Assembly (NCBI GenBank): GCA_963769425.1
Contig: CAVYLP010000006.1
Span: 896,001 to 960,000 of the forward strand
Direction: 5' to 3'
DNA length: 64,000 bases
DNA from: Candidatus Bathyarchaeota archaeon
GTDB lineage: Archaea > Thermoproteota > Bathyarchaeia > TCS64
Shown here: positions 8,515-18,802 of the stretch, in pieces
Layout of the letters: the number at the start of each line of letters is the position of its first letter
Numbering within the stretch: position 1 is the stretch's first letter
The notes under the pieces: model-generated
The model's database searches: none
What the model was told of the DNA's origin: nothing
The model's input: the letters and a program-made list of their open reading frames with translations, nothing else
Position numbers and translations under genes: made by a program

Positions 8515-9108
8515 ATGGTGCTACGTCGACTCCTCAACAGAAAAAGAGACCCGCGACTACCCCCAGGCCAACACGAGACAAAGAACTTCCCCATACTCCA
8601 GCATGGACACGTACCAAAGATCGATAAAGCGACCTGGAGCCTCAAAGTAGGCGGCTCAGTGGAGAACCCGGTGAACTGGACCTGGGACCAGCTCCAGACC
8701 CTACCCATGACGGAATTGAGGACGGACATACACTGCGTGACCAGCTGGAGCAAATTCGACACCAACTGGAGGGGAGTCGCGTTGGACGACATCATTGAGA
8801 GGGTGAAGCCGAAGCCGACGGCGAAGGTCCTCTTCGCCCGGTGCTACGACGACTACTCCACCAATGTTCCCGTCGAGGATGTGAGGGGCGGTCAGGCGAT
8901 GGTGGCTCTGCGGTATGAGGGGTCTGACATTGAGGGGAGACACGGTGGTCCCGCTAGGCTGCTTGTGCCTCATCTCTACTTCTGGAAGAGTGCGAAGTGG
9001 CTGAGGGAGCTGGTGTTCCTGGACTTTGACGATCAGGGGTTCTGGGAGACTAAGGGTTACCATAACTATGGGGATCCGTGGAAGGAGCAGAGATACAGAA
9101 CCTCTTAA
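8515..9108 (+). CDS. Sulfite oxidase-like molybdopterin-binding oxidoreductase
   Basis: RLPPGQ, DIHCVTSWS (Mo-Cys), HGGPARLLVPHLYFWKSAKW, GFWE..GYH.YGDPW. Confidence 0.92.
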   Translation: MVLRRLLNRKRDPRLPPGQHETKNFPILQHGHVPKIDKATWSLKVGGSVENPVNWTWDQLQTLPMTELRTDIHCVTSWSKFDTNWRGVALDDIIERVKPKPTAKVLFARCYDDYSTNVPVEDVRGGQAMVALRYEGSDIEGRHGGPARLLVPHLYFWKSAKWLRELVFLDFDDQGFWETKGYHNYGDPWKEQRYRTS

Positions 9109-9310
9109 CGATGCGCGCTCATGAATGCACACGCGTAGTTGAGTGGGTTTGGGTTTGGGGCCATAGTCATATCTTCACTTCCACCTGATACTAAGCAGTG
9201 ATTGATTAATTAACGACTAGCGTATGCCCGCACACCCCATTTTTTAGCCACCACTTAAATGTAATTTATTTTCAGATAATATTATATGTTAGATAACAGT
9301 TAAAGATTTA

Positions 9311-10174
9311 GTGAAATTAATGATTGAAAGTAATGGACGTATTAGCTTTGGAGAGGTGGATGAGACTTGGGGGAAGTATGATCTAAATCAGATGCAGATT
9401 CGATTTAACGACTCTGACACTGGTTACAAGGCGATTGTACATCAGGGGGAGATGGTGTCAATCGTTCGCAGGGGCTATGAGCTTCTGCCGAATGAGGAGG
9501 CGGTCAGCATCGCGGACCAGGCTGCTGATCTGGCTGGTCTCGTTCCCTTTGATGAGTTCACTGGTGATTGGTTCGTCAGGATGAAGGATCACGTCATCTA
9601 TGATAGGGCTGCCCACAGGGTTCACGCTCTCTACGCTTTGAACCAGGACTACGACGTTAATGGGGATAAGATGCACATCGGGGTCGGGGTGCATAACAGC
9701 ATAGATGGGTCGCTTGGTTTCGGCTGCGGGATCTTCACTTTCAGGACGGCCTGCGCCAACATGGTCTTCGCGGGATTGCCTGGGTACAGCCAGAGTTTCG
9801 ACCAGAGGAGGACCCTCGAGCACGTCTACAAGAGACACACAGCTGGTCTAAGACCACTTCTCGATGACATGGGTAATGTGATATTAAGGGTCATGGAGAG
9901 GGCGGGTGACGTGCTAGACTCTTACAGGAGAATGGCCGATGAGAAGGTGACAAACGAATTAATTGATAGGATTCTGAACAGTCGGCTCAGCCGGAAGACT
10001 CTCCCAGACTATCTAACTGAGGAGGATGCGACGATCCCTGATCTGTCCAAGTGGCAGCTCTACAACGATGTGACGGAGCTCATCTGGCACAACCAGAAAT
10101 CGGGGCTGAAGACGAAGACGTTTCAGTTCAAGACCCTTCACAGCTTGATACCACTCAAGGTGATTGCAACTTGA
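9311..10174 (+). CDS. DUF932-like phage/plasmid-associated protein
   Basis: IVRRGYELLPNEE, HNSIDGS...FRTACANM, WQLYNDVTE motifs. Confidence 0.75.
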   Translation: MKLMIESNGRISFGEVDETWGKYDLNQMQIRFNDSDTGYKAIVHQGEMVSIVRRGYELLPNEEAVSIADQAADLAGLVPFDEFTGDWFVRMKDHVIYDRAAHRVHALYALNQDYDVNGDKMHIGVGVHNSIDGSLGFGCGIFTFRTACANMVFAGLPGYSQSFDQRRTLEHVYKRHTAGLRPLLDDMGNVILRVMERAGDVLDSYRRMADEKVTNELIDRILNSRLSRKTLPDYLTEEDATIPDLSKWQLYNDVTELIWHNQKSGLKTKTFQFKTLHSLIPLKVIAT

Positions 10175-10380
10175 CCCTCCAGGAATCGAAAGCTGAGGAA
10201 AGGCTGATCAAGTCATGCGCGTCCTGCGGTCACGTTAGGGTATGTGCAGTATTCAGGGCAGTCTCGCCTCTCCTATCTCAGAGCTGGGATGATAGCACCA
10301 GGCCAATTGAGCCCGATTGCCTCGCGATTATTTGCAGGGAGTTCGTCTCCGCTTCCGCACTTCAAATTCTAAATGAATGA
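10171..10380 (+). CDS. Small Cys-rich hypothetical protein
   Basis: TTG start overlapping the DUF932 stop; CASC..VC...C..IC. Confidence 0.55.
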   Translation: MTLQESKAEERLIKSCASCGHVRVCAVFRAVSPLLSQSWDDSTRPIEPDCLAIICREFVSASALQILNE

Positions 10381-10467
10381 TATAATGAGATTTACTAGAT
10401 CGAGGGATTCCGAACCCTCAAATTTCAGATATATTGTAAATCAAATATTATATAAAAAATCATAAAT

Positions 10468-13337
10468 TCAGTTACGAGAATTAGATATAAATACAGCATA
10501 TCTGAAGGCTTCTTCGTTAAGATGTGATATTATATCTTTCTCTATGTATCTAAATAAACGAGATGGATTATAGGTAAGGAAAAAGTTTATAGCCATTTCC
10601 TTTAATACAGCAGACAGTTTATTTGTATACAACTTCTCTAGATCAGAACTTTTATTCGCCTTTATTTCTGCGATTATCTGTTGATTATTTACTACAACTT
10701 GCACATATTGTTCAAAGAGATTTATCTCATTACCGCTTAAAGCCATCTCATAATGAACGTTAACAGCGTCAATAACCTCGGGGATTGTTGTGTATATTGG
10801 GGCTCTTCTACCCATTCTGTGTAATATTAAGGGACGGAGGGGCTCGGGTTCCTTTTTCTCTGGTCGAATGACGTGTGATACTATGTAGACTTTCTTTAAT
10901 TCTTCGTCTAATTTTCCGCCTTTTCCAAATGGGTCTATGAATTTGGCGAGGTAATTTGTGAAAAGTGCAAAATCCCTTAATTCAATTGAAGTTATTCTAA
11001 ATAAATTATCCATGTACTTGAAAGTGTTATTAAAACGGTTTAGGAGAGATTTGAAGCTTCTAAATTCTAAAATGGGCAATCTCACGATATTTTTTGCGAC
11101 TTGATTTAGAACAATGGTGGTAGCAGCTGGGTTCGATTCTTGAAGAACTGCGTTTTTAAAATCGTCTACATCGAGCATTGTGAAGAGTGCGAAGGAGAGA
11201 AGTTCATTCTGTAAGTTAGGGAGGTCGTGAACATCGATTCCTGAGAAGTCGTCTACTGCCCCCTTGAATTTTCTAAAAGCGGCTATGATTTCTTTATAAG
11301 AATCGGTAAAATCAACGACTAAGGTGTCATTTTTTCCTACAAGGGTTCTGTTTAGTCTGCTAATAGTTTGGACCGCATTTATTCCACTAACAGATTTGTC
11401 TAGGAACATTGTGTGAAGGTAAGGTTGATTGAATCCATATTGGAATTTGTTAGCGACGACTATGAAACGATAACCGAGTTTGTCAAACTCGGTCTCAATC
11501 TTCTCCTCAATTTTATTCATATTTACTTCTGTATAGCTGATGCCGTCGTGTTTTACTGTCCCGGAAAAAGCAACTAACGACTTGTAATCGAGGTTTCGAG
11601 ACTTCAAAGCTTTATCCAAAATCAATTTGTATTTAACGGCAGAAAGTCGGCTGCTTGTTACTATCATCACTTTAGCTTGTCCATTTATCTTAGGCTTCGT
11701 GTTAGACTCGAATATTTTGAGAATGATGTCAACCTTTTCTTTGATTATTGCCTCATCTTCAAATGCTTTTGCCTTTAGCTTTTTCGATACTACTAACGGG
11801 GGATATTCTTCTTTGTTTTGGATTTCGTGGCTCAGTTTGTATAAAGTGCTGTATGTAATCACGTTTTCAACTACGTTTAGAATGTATCCTTCTGTTTCAG
11901 CTTGGTCCATACTATATGTGTCGAAAGGTTTTCCGAAAATCTCAAGAGTTTTATTACTTGGAGTCGCGGTGAGAGCAATAAACGCGACATTTGGATAGGT
12001 CCTAATTCCAATACCTTGAATAATTTCTTGTTGGTAATCTTGCTCCTCATCGAATTTATCCATCAGGTTTGAACGGTATTTGCCAGTTTGAGAGCGGTGT
12101 GCCTCATCAATGATTAGGCAAATTCTTTTTCCTTTTTGTGATTCGAGTAAGTCATTGAGTTTCTTAACCGAAAATTTTTGAATTGTTGTGATTATCACCT
12201 TGGTGTTCCGATTAAGTGAACTGGCTAATTCTGCTGTAGATTCAGCATGTTCGATAATACCGAATTGAGTTTCTGAAGATGTAATTGTACCCTGTATCTG
12301 ATTATCGAGGTTTAGCCTATCGGTAACTACTATAACTGAGTCAAATAAGTGAAGATTATCAACATGGGCGTTTCTAAGGAATTTCTGTAGAACTGCTATC
12401 GTGTAACTCTTGCCTGAGCCAGGTGAATGTTGGATTAGGTATTTTTTGTCTAATTCTTTTTTTTCTTTGAAGTGTTGATTTAAGTCCGACATCAAATTGA
12501 TGACGGTCCTTCTTTGATGGTATCTGGGGAAGAGGAATTTTCGATAGTTTCTTCCAGTCTTGTCTTTTTCCTCGTGACAGAAGAGATAATCTTCTATAAT
12601 ATCGATTAGGCTCTCTGGTCTAAAAATATCGTGATAAAGATAATCTACCGGATAATCATCAGGAATTAAGGGATTTGTATTCTCAATATCTTTATTGAAA
12701 TGAACAAAATCTTCTGTAGAATTTTCAACAAATTGAGTGGCTATTTTAGCTTTAATTGTATCAGCTGCTAGATGAAGGAAAGGCATTGAAAAGATAAGTT
12801 CTTTCTTATCCCGGCTAATATATTGGCTTACAGCATCATCGACATTTTGTCCTGTCTGCAGGTTTTTTAATTCGATTGTAATTATTGGCAAACCATTCAG
12901 AAATAAAACAATGTCAATTGACTCCATTGTTCCCGAAAAAGTAAACTGTCGAACGTAGCTGAAGATATTTGATTCATATCGTTTCAATTCCTCAGGATTA
13001 TGCGTTGTTTCAGGCTTATAATATACTAATTTAAATCGTCTACCCTTAATGTCGATGCCTTCTTGAATTAATTCGAATCCTTTCTTTGAAACAAGTTTTT
13101 TTCTTATCTCCTCTTTAATTGATGAGAGCCAAGTGTCACTCAGGTCTATTTTTAACTCATCAAGTTCTTCTGTTTGCGTTGTTTCTAAGAAGCGTGTTAG
13201 AATCTGGTCATCAACTAGATTGATTAAATCTATATCACTCGTTTCTCGTTTAAGGAAAACCATAGCAGAATTCTGGAAGGGCTTCTCAGCTCTGAACAGA
13301 AATGCGTCTCAAATTCTTTTTCAGAGGGTAATGGCAT
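10468..13337 (-). CDS. hsdR: Type I restriction endonuclease subunit R (5' frameshift near 13288)
   Basis: DIVLFLNGLP..IELK nuclease, QHSPGSGKS, IDEAHRSQ, TATP, QTISRLNR; true N-terminus MPLPSEKEFETHF is out of frame with the 13263 ORF. Confidence 0.92.
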
Positions 13338-13341
13338 AGAT

Positions 13342-14658
13342 TCAACTCAGCCTAATCTTACCAGTTACAGCTTCATAAATCAAAGACTTTCGGTATTCTT
13401 CTAGCTTTATTATTTCTTCTTTTAAAATTCCTATTATTTTCCGAATTTTTTTCGTTTCTGAATCTAAAAAATTAGATATTTCTATCTGAATAGATTTTTT
13501 AGGAAAGGGAATTTTAAACTCTTTTATATTTCTACTTTGAAGTTCAATTTGATTAGTAGCACCTTGAGATAGATAATTTTCGATTAAATGTCGATATGGA
13601 AACAAAAAGTAATAAATATATCTCGGTTCAAATCTTTTAAATTCGTCTCGTATTATAGTAATATGTGTATCTGCAAGATAACAGGAATCTTCTTCAAATA
13701 TATTTACTCTTCCCACTGTACCTGTACCTGTGGAAGTAATAAGTACATCATATTTTTTTAATATACCTTTAGAATCAGATATGTTCTTAATAATATTATG
13801 TTTAGCTTTTGAATAATCAATCAAATCATTATATATACAGGCTTGATTTAATACATTAATAAAAGTGTCTTCTTCAGAATAATCTGGCGTTTCCCCTCGT
13901 GATATAAATGAGGCTACTTCTTTCAAACGTTTTATTAAATAATGTTCTGGTATTTCGCCTATCCAATCAACTCCTGAGTTTATCATTTTTGACTCTTGTT
14001 CAATATTTCTTGTTACTGACCTCGATATAACTGATTTTTCGTACTCATATAGGAGTTCAATTTGATTATATTTGAAATCTATAATTTTTTGTAATTTTGA
14101 ATTTACTCTATCAAGATATAATATTATTTTTTTCTGTTCGTTTTCAGGTGGTTTGAGAAAGGGAATAACGCTTATCGCTTTTTGACCAACTGCGGGATAA
14201 CTTACTCCAACGCTGTTAGAGACCATATAACTCAAAAATAGATGAGAAATAACATAATAATATACAAATTTAGGTTCAATTCCACTCTTTGGAGATAATG
14301 TTGCAAACCCAGTAGAGACTATAAGATTTGGTTCAACCTTTCCGAAAAAAGCAATAGCTTGAAGATAAGGTCTAACTGTTGAAACAATTGTATCCCCATT
14401 TTTAATAATTCTTCTAGCTCTTGATGGAGCGTCTCGAAAGAATAACTCCACCGGTTCTTTTACTAGACCAGTTTGTTCTACTGCAGTTATATCCACATAT
14501 TTGATTGTGATATCTGGATTTGTATTTTCTGACAAACTCTCTGAATTTATATCAATAACTTCTTTAAGACGATTCAATTCCCAATTTTCTGGTATATCTC
14601 CAATCCATTCTATGCCAGAATATTTCATTTTAAATTTCATTCCTAATTTTGATTCCAT
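13342..14658 (-). CDS. hsdS: Type I R-M specificity subunit S
   Basis: Two TRDs with conserved repeats SGIEWIGDIPENW / SGVDWIGEIPEHY; ends SLIYEAVTGKI. Confidence 0.95.
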   Translation of the reverse strand: MESKLGMKFKMKYSGIEWIGDIPENWELNRLKEVIDINSESLSENTNPDITIKYVDITAVEQTGLVKEPVELFFRDAPSRARRIIKNGDTIVSTVRPYLQAIAFFGKVEPNLIVSTGFATLSPKSGIEPKFVYYYVISHLFLSYMVSNSVGVSYPAVGQKAISVIPFLKPPENEQKKIILYLDRVNSKLQKIIDFKYNQIELLYEYEKSVISRSVTRNIEQESKMINSGVDWIGEIPEHYLIKRLKEVASFISRGETPDYSEEDTFINVLNQACIYNDLIDYSKAKHNIIKNISDSKGILKKYDVLITSTGTGTVGRVNIFEEDSCYLADTHITIIRDEFKRFEPRYIYYFLFPYRHLIENYLSQGATNQIELQSRNIKEFKIPFPKKSIQIEISNFLDSETKKIRKIIGILKEEIIKLEEYRKSLIYEAVTGKIRLS

Positions 14659-16430
14659 TTTTCTAATCCCAGTTCTTTGAGAAGTTCCTGATTTTTATGT
14701 TCCAATTCAATAAATTCTTTTATAATTTCTTCAGTTTGTCTTAACGGTTGATACTTGTAAAAATATTGGGTAAAATTAATTTCATATCCAATTTCCTTTT
14801 GTAAAATTTTGTAAGGTTTTTCTATCTCTTTTTTTAGATAATCTTCGATGTTTTGTTTTAGAGGTACATATTCTTCATCTCTAGTCTCCTTTTCTTTATT
14901 GATTTTTATATCTTTTCCTCTAACCGTTTTTATAGTTGTTTCAAAAATCGGCTTTCCTCTTTCATCGAGTTCTCTTAATTCTAGATTAATTCGCGTATAT
15001 CCGAAGTCATTTGTATCAAAAATCTTAGATAACTCATTTTCATTAAAAGCGTGATAGATATTTGAAATTTTTATTATATGTTCTGATGATATTTCATTTC
15101 GTTTGTTACCTAGACTTTTCTTCATTTTCACAAAAAAATCAACTGCGTTTATTAGCTGCACTTTTCCTTTCCTTTCCTCTTCTTTAAGGTTACGAAGAAT
15201 CCAAATATATGTGGGTATTCCCGTGTTATAAAATAACTCAGGGGGTAAAGCAATAATTGCATCAAGCAGGTCATTTTCGAGTAGGTACTTCCTAAAATTA
15301 CTTTCTCCTGAACCTGCATCTCCTGTAAATAGAGGTGAAGCATTAAATACTATAGCTATCGAAGAACCGCCTTCACGAGGATGTTTCATTTTTGATAGCA
15401 TTTGCATTAGAAATAACGTGGAACCGTCCGATACTCGAGGAAGCATATCTTTATTGAATCTTCCTGTTGTATCTCTCTCAATTATTTGTTTGTCTTTTTT
15501 CCAATCTTTCCCAAAAGGTGGGTTCGATAACATATAGTCAAATTTTTCATCGGGTAATTGGTCATTTGTGAGAGTATTACCTTGCTTAATGTTCGTCATT
15601 CTTTCTCCTTTTAAAAGCATGTCAGAAGCGCAAATTGCGTAAGTTTCATCATTAATTTCTTGTCCATAAAGAACTATATTTGCTTCACATTTACTAAGAA
15701 TGTATTTTTTAGCCTCTGTTAGCATACCGCCAGTTCCACAAGCTGGATCGTAAATGCACTTCAACTCATTAGGCTTTATGGAGTCATCATTAATGACAAG
15801 TTCAACCATTAGTTTTATTATTTCTCTTGGTGTGAAATGCTGTCCTGCTTCCTCATTACTAGCCTCTGCAAATCTTCTAATAAGTTCTTCAAAAATATAA
15901 CCCATTTTTAAATTACTTACCACATTAGGTGAAAGGTCTAGGAGGGAATATTGCTTTACCAATTGATAGAGTAATTTATGCTTGTCCAAATCCGAAAGTT
16001 GTTCTTGTAGTTTAAAATTTTGCATTATTTCTTGGATGTTATTTGTATAACCATTAATATATGCTCGGAAATTGTCTTTTAATGCAGTTTCTTTTTCGGC
16101 TGATAGTTTTTTTAATGTAAACTCTGAAGTATTATCGAATTCAAGTGTTGCTGAAACCTTTTCGGATATTATTTTCGACCTTTCACTAGTACTCAATATA
16201 TCTAGTTGGGATTTATATTCTAAATATGCTTCCGCTCTTTTCTCAACAAGAACGCTGTCGATTCTTCGGAGAACAACAAAAGGAAGTATAATGTCTTGAT
16301 ATTGATGAGGTTTGTATGTATCTCTTAAAATTCTATCTGCAGACTCCCAAATAAACGCGACCTCGTTTGAGTTATTGATTTGTTCAGAAGTATTAAGGGG
16401 CCTGTTTTTTTTATTTTCAGAAACGGACAA
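14643..16430 (-). CDS. hsdM: Type I R-M N6-adenine methyltransferase subunit M
   Basis: GQHFTPRE, YDPACGTGGML (motif I), SNPPF (motif IV), LFYNTGIPTYIW. Confidence 0.95.
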   Translation of the reverse strand: MSVSENKKNRPLNTSEQINNSNEVAFIWESADRILRDTYKPHQYQDIILPFVVLRRIDSVLVEKRAEAYLEYKSQLDILSTSERSKIISEKVSATLEFDNTSEFTLKKLSAEKETALKDNFRAYINGYTNNIQEIMQNFKLQEQLSDLDKHKLLYQLVKQYSLLDLSPNVVSNLKMGYIFEELIRRFAEASNEEAGQHFTPREIIKLMVELVINDDSIKPNELKCIYDPACGTGGMLTEAKKYILSKCEANIVLYGQEINDETYAICASDMLLKGERMTNIKQGNTLTNDQLPDEKFDYMLSNPPFGKDWKKDKQIIERDTTGRFNKDMLPRVSDGSTLFLMQMLSKMKHPREGGSSIAIVFNASPLFTGDAGSGESNFRKYLLENDLLDAIIALPPELFYNTGIPTYIWILRNLKEEERKGKVQLINAVDFFVKMKKSLGNKRNEISSEHIIKISNIYHAFNENELSKIFDTNDFGYTRINLELRELDERGKPIFETTIKTVRGKDIKINKEKETRDEEYVPLKQNIEDYLKKEIEKPYKILQKEIGYEINFTQYFYKYQPLRQTEEIIKEFIELEHKNQELLKELGLEKWNQN

Positions 16431-16710
16431 GATTTCACCCTAGATATACTATCTTGTCTTTGGTTCTCAGACTTATTAAAAGTGTTATTGAATATCTCTA
16501 ATTCTCTAGAATCTATTAATCGTTGACTATCTAATTTTGATACCCTTTCGGTAAAAGAAAGATTAAGGAAGTTTCACATAGAATGCAGAGCATTATTGTA
16601 AATAGTAAAAAACCAATTAATATTAACCTGGTTTTATCTTTGACTAACAGAATAGTAAATTCAGCTGAACGACCAGTAAGTTATTTATCAATCTTGAGTA
16701 AGTAGAATTC

Positions 16711-16884
16711 ATGAAATGTCCTCGATGTGGAAAGGAAGCTACTGCCTCTGGTAAAAAATGGAAGTATGGGTCCTTTGATGTTGAAAAACATACATGCTCA
16801 TCGTGTAAGAAGTCATTTAATGTTTATCTGAAAAAAGGTAAAATTAGTCACACTGTGCCCAAACCCAAAATAGGAATCACATAA
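16711..16884 (+). CDS. Small zinc-ribbon protein (57 aa)
   Basis: MKCPRCGKEATASGKKWKYGSFDVEKHTCSSCKKSFNVYL...; two CxxC; below ORF-track cutoff. Confidence 0.7.
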   Translation: MKCPRCGKEATASGKKWKYGSFDVEKHTCSSCKKSFNVYLKKGKISHTVPKPKIGIT

Positions 16885-17086
16885 AATTATATCGACGTGT
16901 ATTTTTTGGTGGTCTTTTATCCCTTAACCTCTAAACCGGGGACATTCTAATAACATGGGGGTTCTCTTATTTCCGGGGTTTCGATATCGGGGGCGTCCCC
17001 TCTCCTATTATGATTTAAGTCTATAGAAACATCCCTGCGCAAGCCATTTCTACAGCTGAGCGCAAGACTTAGACTCTTTTAATCAT

Positions 17087-17191
17087 CCCCCGGGGTGCCC
17101 GTGACGAAGTCACGGGTCGGGGACGCTCAGTCGAGACATTCCCAGCGAAGCCAGCCTGAGCCTCTAGCTGGTGCGCGAAGCGCACACGCGT
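17087..17191. other. Cluster of GC-rich hairpins with GAA triloops
   Basis: CCCGTGAC-GAA-GTCACGGG (8 bp) and GTGCGC-GAA-GCGCAC (6 bp) perfect stems. Confidence 0.75.
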
Positions 17192-17381
17192 TAAAATTAT
17201 CCAAATTTTAACCCCCAAATACACACGGGGATATTCGTTCACATAATGAAGCTATAAACGCCACCTTCGGTCTTCCACAAGATTACTTACTTTTGCTGGC
17301 TGAGCTCTCGCCCAAGAAACCCTCCCAACACACCTTGAAAAATTACCGAAACTAGACAGAGATTGTGGTGGTGCAAGTTCG

Positions 17382-18306
17382 CTATGGTGGGAAGACCCTG
17401 ACACCACTGTCGTCGTCGCCTCAGCGAGGGCAGCCTCGTCCCAACCACCGAAGGTCTGACGCATGCCAGCTTCAGGTACCCGATCTTCGCTGGGTCCCAT
17501 CCCTCGAGTGTCGCCACGGTTGCGTCGAGCGTCACGCAGTCCCTGCTTCCAAGCAGCAGCCCCTTGTTCTTCGCCGTATTGGGCCTGATCGCCTCCTCCG
17601 GCGTCTTCCCCTGAGACGCCGTCAACACCCCGTCAACCATCCCCACCACGTCGAAGATCGACCGATACACCTTGTTGATGTCCACGATCGACTGGTCCAG
17701 CTTGCAGTCGAACTCCCCGTGGAACCTGCTCCTCCCCGGACCCGGTATCATCCCGAAGAAGTTCTTCAGCGAAAGACTCACAACGATCGGCTGATGGTTC
17801 AGCCTGTACTTCGCGAGGCTCAGGAAGGTGCCCCCGCGGAGATCGTACAACCTCCGCGGCACCACCCCGTACATCTCCTCGAAGAGCACCGGTGGATACC
17901 TCTCTGCGTGCTTCTTCACCACACCGGGATCGACGACGCGCTTCGCCCAAACCTCCTCCGTGACGTTAAGGTACTCCACACCATGCTTCTTCAACACGTC
18001 ACCCACGCCGGAGTACTCGAGGAACCACTCATCGCTCTTCTTCAGGTCCCTCCTCTTCACCGACCCTATCCCCTTACCGTTAAGGGCGTCTTCCGTCCTC
18101 GCCCACCCGTAGCTCTCAACAACAATCGCCTCCCCATTTATCGCTGACAGCACTCCATCCAGCACCGCAGCCTCGGTGAAGTTGTTGATCGTCCCCCAGT
18201 TGGGTTTGATGATCACCGGCGGCTTCAGATGTAACTCAGAAACAACCTTCTTGTAGATTGATGGATCCTGTGATTGCTCAAGGATAACCTTCCCGAATCT
18301 CAACAA
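17382..18306 (-). CDS. DUF362 family protein (3' indels)
   Basis: VIIKPNW, IVVESY, SLSLKNFFG, SRDCVTLDA; TTG start after GGAGG; C-terminus continues in other frames (QTFGGWDE.., GVRVFPP*). Confidence 0.75.
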
Positions 18307-18463
18307 CTCTCCTCCGAAAACACAGGTATCAGGGATACACAACTCAATTTTAGACTTGTGGAAATACACATGGGATCGGAGTTCGGAAAATCCATTATCG
18401 ATAACAAATTTTTAGAAAATTATTTTTCTTAAATATCATATGATACTTGAGCGAGGGATATTT

Positions 18464-18727
18464 GAAAACGGCTCCTTTTCCACAACCAACATTCATTAAA
18501 AAACAAATATTTCGCTTTTTAGCGAAATATTTATTATGTTACAAATTTTAATAAAAGGAGGCTAGGAATCGTTGTACTATGCTACCACTTACGGGAGAGT
18601 CTCGAAAACAGCTCCTTTTCTACTCCCGCTAACACTACAAAAGGAAGTCGAGTGGATCATGAGTCTTTTTTTTCACTTATACCCCCCCTGCTGGTTACAA
18701 GGGGGACTTGAAAATCGCTCCTTTTTC
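18464..18727. repeat. Three copies of GAAAA-N7-TTTTC motif; last one within right copy of the inverted repeat
   Basis: GAAAACGGCTCCTTTTC (18464), GAAAACAGCTCCTTTTC (18604), GAAAATCGCTCCTTTTTC (18710). Confidence 0.8.
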
Positions 18728-18802
18728 TAATCAACGATGTAGACACACGTCGAGTCGTGGACCGTTTTTTCAGACCTGAAAAGCTATTTGAGCGAACTGA
18801 GG

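Larger units (their letters stand above)
9180..17080. mobile_element. Horizontally acquired island (DUF932 + type I R-M), no integrase seen
   Basis: Sharp AT enrichment over 10.4-17.0 kb relative to flanks; MGE-type DUF932; boundaries approximate. Confidence 0.7.

Noticed and set aside
9102-9144. Integron attC site (TTAAC...GTTGAGT hairpin overlapping a stop codon)
   Set aside because: Only ~43 bp, shorter than known attC sites; no integron integrase; neighbouring genes are in mixed orientation.
18464-18727. ORB replication-origin boxes
   Set aside because: Lacks the TCCA-N-TGGA core with a 3' G-string; no cdc6/orc1 in the window.
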